Notes under the pieces: model-generated | Database searches by the model: none | What the model was told of the DNA's origin: nothing | The model's input: the letters and a program-made list of their open reading frames with translations, nothing else | In this document: positions 59,600-64,000 of the stretch, in pieces | Numbering within the stretch: position 1 is the first letter of the stretch | Layout of the letters: each line of letters begins with the position of its first letter | Program-made: the position numbers and the translations under genes | Assembly (NCBI GenBank): GCA_050246315.1 | Contig: JBFWWG010000009.1 | Coordinates: 117,812-181,811, forward strand | DNA: 64,000 nt | Direction: 5' to 3' | Origin: Nitrospiraceae bacterium | Lineage (GTDB): Bacteria > Nitrospirota > Nitrospiria > Nitrospirales > Nitrospiraceae

Positions 59600-60367
59600 A
59601 TGATGAGCGTCAAGCTCACGCAGGAATCGCCCCTTTCTGAATTGATGGAACGGCACCGCAAACTCTACGTGAGCACGGAGATCGACGCGAAGCTGGAACG
59701 GCTCATTCGAAAGGGGCCGTACTCGGATCTGTCGGAGTGGGACATCCATCGCATTCTGCGCACCGCGCAGGCGGTGTTGTTCGATACCCATGTCGAGGTC
59801 GTGTCCGGCCATCACACGGCGACCTACCTGCGATTTGAATCGATCGCGCGGTACCAGGAACTCATCGGCTTGATCGTTCGTGACATGGCGACATGGTTGG
59901 CACGCACGTTCGACAAGGAACCGATTGCCGGCATCGTGGCGACTACTTCGGCAGCCGCGCAACTGGCGGAGGGAGTGGTGAAGCTGCTCCATGACCAGCA
60001 GAACCGCATGGAACTGCGCGTGATCTTGACGCCGTACAACTGTGAGACGGGACGGATCGGCACCGAGATCGCCGAGCGGTGCATTACGCTCGGCGAACGG
60101 TTCGTGGCGCTCAACGATGTGACCACCCGCGGGAATTGTGTGAGCAAGCTCGGCAAGGTGATTACGGATCACGGGGGCCGTCTGGCCGGCATGATGGTCT
60201 TCGCCCGCCGGGACAGCGGTCAATTCCCACTCATGGACGAACTGATCGCCACCTATCCCTTCTACTGCACGACGGATCTGGACATGCCGCAATGGGAGCC
60301 GGATCGTTGCCCGCTCTGTCGAGACCGGCAGCCCTTGCTGTCTTGGAGAGACATGCCAGAATTGTAG
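59600..60367 (+). CDS. Divergent type I phosphoribosyltransferase (PyrE-like)
   Basis: H.EVVSGHHTATY, PRPP-loop variant ALNDVTTRG, C-terminal WEPDRCPLC. Confidence 0.72.
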   Translation: MMSVKLTQESPLSELMERHRKLYVSTEIDAKLERLIRKGPYSDLSEWDIHRILRTAQAVLFDTHVEVVSGHHTATYLRFESIARYQELIGLIVRDMATWLARTFDKEPIAGIVATTSAAAQLAEGVVKLLHDQQNRMELRVILTPYNCETGRIGTEIAERCITLGERFVALNDVTTRGNCVSKLGKVITDHGGRLAGMMVFARRDSGQFPLMDELIATYPFYCTTDLDMPQWEPDRCPLCRDRQPLLSWRDMPEL

Positions 60368-60403
60368 GCGACGTCACCCTCACACATCGGCAGGAGGTAG
60401 CTC

Positions 60404-61405
60404 ATGGACCAGGCGGAGGTGAAACGGGATATCAAGCGGGCCGACCTGCTGCAGATGTACTACTACCTTCGGCTCACCAGAGCCATCGAGGATCGTATCA
60501 GCGCCCTCTACCGGCAGGGACGCATCGTCGGCGGCTGTTACACCAGCCATGGGATGGAGGCTATCGCCGTCGGTTATGCCTCGGCCCTGGAGCGAGACGA
60601 CGTCATCGCGCCCTTCCACCGAGATATGGGCGCCTTCCTGATCCGGGGCATCACGCCGGGCGAAGTGATCGCCCAGTACCTGGGCAAACGTGCCGGCCCT
60701 GCCAAAGGTAAGGACGGCAACGTCCATATGGGCGATCTGAAACGGGGCATCATCGGGTTTGTCAGCCACTTGGCAGACAACCTTCCGGTCGCGACCGGTG
60801 TGGCGCTGGCCTTCAAAATGCGAGGCGAAGCCCGGGTCGTGTTTACCGGTACGGGCGACGGCGGAACCAGCCGGGGCGATTTTCATGAAGCGATGAACTT
60901 CGCGGCCGTCCGCAAACTGCCGGTCGTCATCTTCTGCAACAACAACCAATATGCCTACTCCACGCCGATTCGGTATCAAATGGCGATTCAGGATGTCGTC
61001 GAGCGGGCCAAGGCCTATGGGATGCCGGGCGAGATCGTCGACGGCAACGACGTAGCGGCCGTGTATCTGTCTTCCAAGCGGGCAATCGCCCGTGCCAGGT
61101 CCGGGGCGGGACCGACGTTCCTGGAATTCAAAACGATGCGGATGCACGGTCATTCAGAACACGACCCAGCCAAGTATGTGCCGCGCGAGTTGTTGGAGGA
61201 ATGGAAACGAAAGGATCCGATCCTGAACGCGGAGCGGCTCCTGACGCAACTCGGCTATGGAGACGGCGCCTATTTCCACGAGGTCGGGGAGCGCGTCAAG
61301 AAGGAGATCGAGTCCGCCGTGGAGTTTGGGGAACAGAGTCCCTTACCGGAGGGGCCTGAAGCCTTGGAGGGGGTCTTCGCCACCCAACGGGAGGTCGCAT
61401 CATGA
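60404..61405 (+). CDS. 2-oxoacid dehydrogenase E1 alpha subunit
   Basis: GDGGTS.GDFHEAMNFA...NNQYAYSTP TPP motif, VDGND, RMHGHSEHD. Confidence 0.93.
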   Translation: MDQAEVKRDIKRADLLQMYYYLRLTRAIEDRISALYRQGRIVGGCYTSHGMEAIAVGYASALERDDVIAPFHRDMGAFLIRGITPGEVIAQYLGKRAGPAKGKDGNVHMGDLKRGIIGFVSHLADNLPVATGVALAFKMRGEARVVFTGTGDGGTSRGDFHEAMNFAAVRKLPVVIFCNNNQYAYSTPIRYQMAIQDVVERAKAYGMPGEIVDGNDVAAVYLSSKRAIARARSGAGPTFLEFKTMRMHGHSEHDPAKYVPRELLEEWKRKDPILNAERLLTQLGYGDGAYFHEVGERVKKEIESAVEFGEQSPLPEGPEALEGVFATQREVAS

Positions 61406-62406
61406 GCACGACCATGACGAGCGTCGAAGCCCGCACGGAAGTCACGTATCTGGAGGCGATCTCCCAGGCGTTGGACGAGGAGATGGCACGCGACAGCCGG
61501 GTGTTCCTGATGGGGGAAGACATCGGGATTTACGGAGGCGCGTTCAAGATCACGGAGGGGTTTATTCAGAAGTACGGGGAATGGCGTGTGCTTGACACGC
61601 CGCTGGCCGAATCTGGTTTCGTCGGTGCGGCGATCGGAGCGGCGATGATGGGACTGCGGCCGGTTGTTGAAATGCAGTTTGCGGACTTCATCTCTTGCGC
61701 CTTCGATCAGATTACCGAGGTGGCGGCCAAGAATCATTATCGTTGGGGTGCGCCGGTGCCGATGGTCATTCGGGCGCCGTTCGGCGGCGGTGTGCATGGC
61801 GGGCCCTTTCACTCCGAATGTCCCGAGGGTTGGTTCTTTCATTCACCCGGGCTCAAGCTCGTGGCGCCCTCCACCCCCTACGACGCCAAGGGGCTGCTGA
61901 AGGCCGCCATCCGCGATCCCAATCCGGTCATCTATTTCGAGCACAAGTTTCTCTACCGGCGCATCAAGGGCCAGTTGCCCAAGGAGGATTTCGTTGTGCC
62001 GATCGGGCAGGCAGACATCAAGCGGCGGGGGAACGATATCTCGGTCATGACCTACGGCGCGATGGTGCACGTCGCGCTGGAGGCGGCGGAGCTGTTGAGC
62101 CGGGAGGGGATCGATCTCGAGGTGGTTGACCTGCGAACCCTGATTCCGCTCGACAAGGACACGATCTACGAATCCGTGCGGAAGACCAGCAAGGCCATTC
62201 TCCTGCACGAGGACAACAAGACCGGCGGCATCGGCGCCGAAATCGCGGCGTTGCTGGCGGAGGACTGTTTCGATTGTTTGGATGGACCGGTGATGCGGAT
62301 TGCGGCGCCGGATACGCCGGTGCCGTTCAGTCCACCGCTGGAGGAGTTTTTCCTTCCCAAGGCCGCCGACGTGGTGGCCGCAGCGAAGAAGTTGGCAGCC
62401 TATTGA
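61402..62406 (+). CDS. 2-oxoacid dehydrogenase E1 beta subunit (branched-chain type)
   Basis: GEDIG..GG.F..T.G, DTPLAE, EMQFADF, PFGGGVHGGPFHS, FEHK.LY. Confidence 0.93.
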   Translation: MSTTMTSVEARTEVTYLEAISQALDEEMARDSRVFLMGEDIGIYGGAFKITEGFIQKYGEWRVLDTPLAESGFVGAAIGAAMMGLRPVVEMQFADFISCAFDQITEVAAKNHYRWGAPVPMVIRAPFGGGVHGGPFHSECPEGWFFHSPGLKLVAPSTPYDAKGLLKAAIRDPNPVIYFEHKFLYRRIKGQLPKEDFVVPIGQADIKRRGNDISVMTYGAMVHVALEAAELLSREGIDLEVVDLRTLIPLDKDTIYESVRKTSKAILLHEDNKTGGIGAEIAALLAEDCFDCLDGPVMRIAAPDTPVPFSPPLEEFFLPKAADVVAAAKKLAAY

Positions 62407-62410
62407 AGAT

Positions 62411-62503
62411 CGTCAATGGTCAAGCGGCATGCGTCAATCGCGGAAGCCGATAACCGTATGTTCACCCCTGAGCCGAGTGACAATTGACGAATGACGATTG
62501 ACG
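62411..62503. repeat. Inverted heptamer array, same family as 2039..2139
   Basis: CGTCAAT GGTCAAG CGGCATG CGTCAAT ... AGTGACA ATTGACG AATGACG ATTGACG. Confidence 0.8.
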
Positions 62504-62517
62504 CATAAGGGAGTGTT

Positions 62518-63687
62518 ATGGCGACCGACATCGTTATGCCTCAATTGGGCGAAAGCATCGCGGAAGGGACAGTGGTGAAGTGGCTGGTCCCGAAAGGCGG
62601 CAGAATCGAGAAGGATCAGCCGTTGCTCGAGGTGGAGACCGACAAGGTCGCGTTGGAAATTCCTTCGCCGGCGAGCGGTCTGCTTACCGAGGTGCTGGTC
62701 GCTGCCGGGAACACGGTTCCCGTCGGTACGTTGCTCGCCCGGCTCGATGGAGGCGCCCCGTCCGAACCTGGAGTTATCAACCGGGTCGGTGGAGTGGTGG
62801 TGCGTCCGGCAGAATCGAAGTCCGACACCGGTGAACATTATTCTCCTGCCGTCCGTCAACTGGCGAAGGAACAGGGAGTGGATTTGCATCTGGTCATCGG
62901 GACGGGTGAGGGAGGACGTGTGACGAAAAAGGACGTGCTGGCCTTTGTCGCTAAGCGCGAACCCACAGTGACGCAATCGACCCCGGTTGGAGTGAAATGC
63001 GAAACGCCGGACGAGCTGCGAGGTCAAGACGAAATACTCCCTCTCACTCAGATGCGTCGGACCATCGCCGAGCGAATGGTGAATAGCACACAGACCGCCG
63101 CCCACGTGGCCACCTTCTTCGAAGTCGACTGCTCCGAAATCGCCAGAGTTCGCCAGGGACGATCATTGACCTATCTGCCGTTCGTCATCTGCGCCGTGAG
63201 TCTCGCGCTCAGAGATGTGCCGGTCCTCAACGCCTCCTGGAGCGATACGGGCATCCTGCTCAAGCAGGCGATTCACATGGGCATCGCTGTCTCGCTCGAT
63301 GATGGACTGTTGGTGCCGGTGATCCGCCATGCCGACCGTAAGGGGTTGCTGGCACTGTCCAAAGAGGTGGCCGACCTCGCCGAGCGCGCGAGGAGCAGGA
63401 AGCTGACCCCGGAAGAAGTCCAAGGCGGCACCTTCACGATCACGAATCACGGCGGATTCGGGAGCCTCTTCAGCACTCCGATCATCAACCAACCCCAGAT
63501 TGCGATCCTCGGGGTCGGCGCCGTACAGAAGCGCGCCATCGTCATCAACGACGCGATCGCGATCAGGCCTATGTGTTACCTCAGCCTCTCGTTCGATCAT
63601 CGGGTGATCGACGGCGCAACGGCGGATCGCTTCATGGCCAAGATCAAGCACGAGATGGAACAGCATGACTGGGAGAAGCGGCTATGA
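62518..63687 (+). CDS. Dihydrolipoamide acyltransferase E2
   Basis: Lipoyl domain VETDKV, E3-binding SPAVR...GTGEGGRVTK.D, catalytic DHRVIDG. Confidence 0.95.
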   Translation: MATDIVMPQLGESIAEGTVVKWLVPKGGRIEKDQPLLEVETDKVALEIPSPASGLLTEVLVAAGNTVPVGTLLARLDGGAPSEPGVINRVGGVVVRPAESKSDTGEHYSPAVRQLAKEQGVDLHLVIGTGEGGRVTKKDVLAFVAKREPTVTQSTPVGVKCETPDELRGQDEILPLTQMRRTIAERMVNSTQTAAHVATFFEVDCSEIARVRQGRSLTYLPFVICAVSLALRDVPVLNASWSDTGILLKQAIHMGIAVSLDDGLLVPVIRHADRKGLLALSKEVADLAERARSRKLTPEEVQGGTFTITNHGGFGSLFSTPIINQPQIAILGVGAVQKRAIVINDAIAIRPMCYLSLSFDHRVIDGATADRFMAKIKHEMEQHDWEKRL

Positions 63688-63850
63688 CGCATCGATCGCA
63701 AGCCGTGATCGTGAGCGTGGTGAAGACTCCGAGCGGGAGCTTCAACGGGGTCTTCAGTCCCGTGTCTGCCACAGGGCTCGGCCACCTCGCCATCGCCGAA
63801 GCCTTGAAACGCATCGACCTTCGTTCAGATCGCGTGGACGAAGTCTCTAG
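63684..63850 (+). pseudogene. Thiolase (acetyl-CoA acyltransferase) N-terminus, interrupted
   Basis: Not in the ORF track. MTHRSQAVIVSVVKTPSGSFNGVFSPVSATGLGHLAIAEALKRIDLRSDRVDEV; thiolase similarity stops at CTAG 63847-63850; ATGA overlap with E2. Confidence 0.8.
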
Positions 63851-64000
63851 CAGGCTGCGGGAAAACTCGATTCGTGTGCTTCGACAGGCTGCTATGTGGA
63901 TGTCAAGTGGATGGACACAAGAATCCTCTTTCGGTTGTCAGCTGCGTGTCCTTTCAGGCCAAAGAGAGACTGGCTGCTATGCGTGGCACGGCACACGGCC
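63851..64000 (+). mobile_element. Left end of an inserted element (MITE and/or IS5/IS1182-like IS), runs off the window
   Basis: CTAG then CAGGCTGCGGGAAAA, similar to the 50177 element ends; an ORF starting MRG at 63979 could be a transposase N-terminus. Confidence 0.55.

Noticed and set aside
1..64000. Many long antisense or alternative-frame ORFs (e.g. 40872..42215 -, 51865..53037 -, 20620..21762 -, 43885..45036 -, 33..764 +)
   Set aside because: They shadow well-supported genes, lack motifs and are expected in GC-rich DNA
1..64000. CRISPR array, rRNA or tRNA genes
   Set aside because: No regularly spaced direct repeats with unique spacers and no recognisable rRNA or tRNA sequence seen by eye

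Overview
GC-rich bacterial chromosome segment; gene content, gene order and repeat style suggest a Nitrospira-like organism (inference only). Left to right: (1) two tandem secreted paralogs; (2) a six-gene lipid head-group operon (split TPP decarboxylase, AEP-type transaminase, cytidylyltransferase, CDP-alcohol phosphotransferase fusion, flippase-like protein) that resembles a 2-aminoethylphosphonate lipid pathway but has no PEP mutase; (3) a small variable region with GST, alpha/beta hydrolase, mazEF and phd-relE, plus decayed duplicates of phd and of the cstA 5' end; (4) cstA-yajQ-beta-propeller, asnS; (5) a dcw cell-wall/division cluster lacking mraZ, followed by pgeF-yggS-proC-yggT-divIVA and a serine hydrolase; (6) pgsA-like gene, pilC-pilS-pilR, ispE-prs-rplY-pth-ychF; (7) MITE/REP-like repeats, hicAB and a decayed IS3; (8) a divergently transcribed aromatic amino acid locus (heme-oxygenase-like diiron enzyme, phage-type HTH regulator and tryptophanase on one arm; half-size HPPD, homogentisate dioxygenase, FAH, an atypical PRTase, 2-oxoacid dehydrogenase E1a/E1b/E2 and an interrupted thiolase on the other). 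The best candidates for undescribed biology are locus (8), operon (2), and two non-coding motifs that each occur twice (rplY leader / PRTase leader; mraY leader / pgsA leader). No rRNA, tRNA or CRISPR array was recognised. All homology calls are motif recognition by eye, not database searches.
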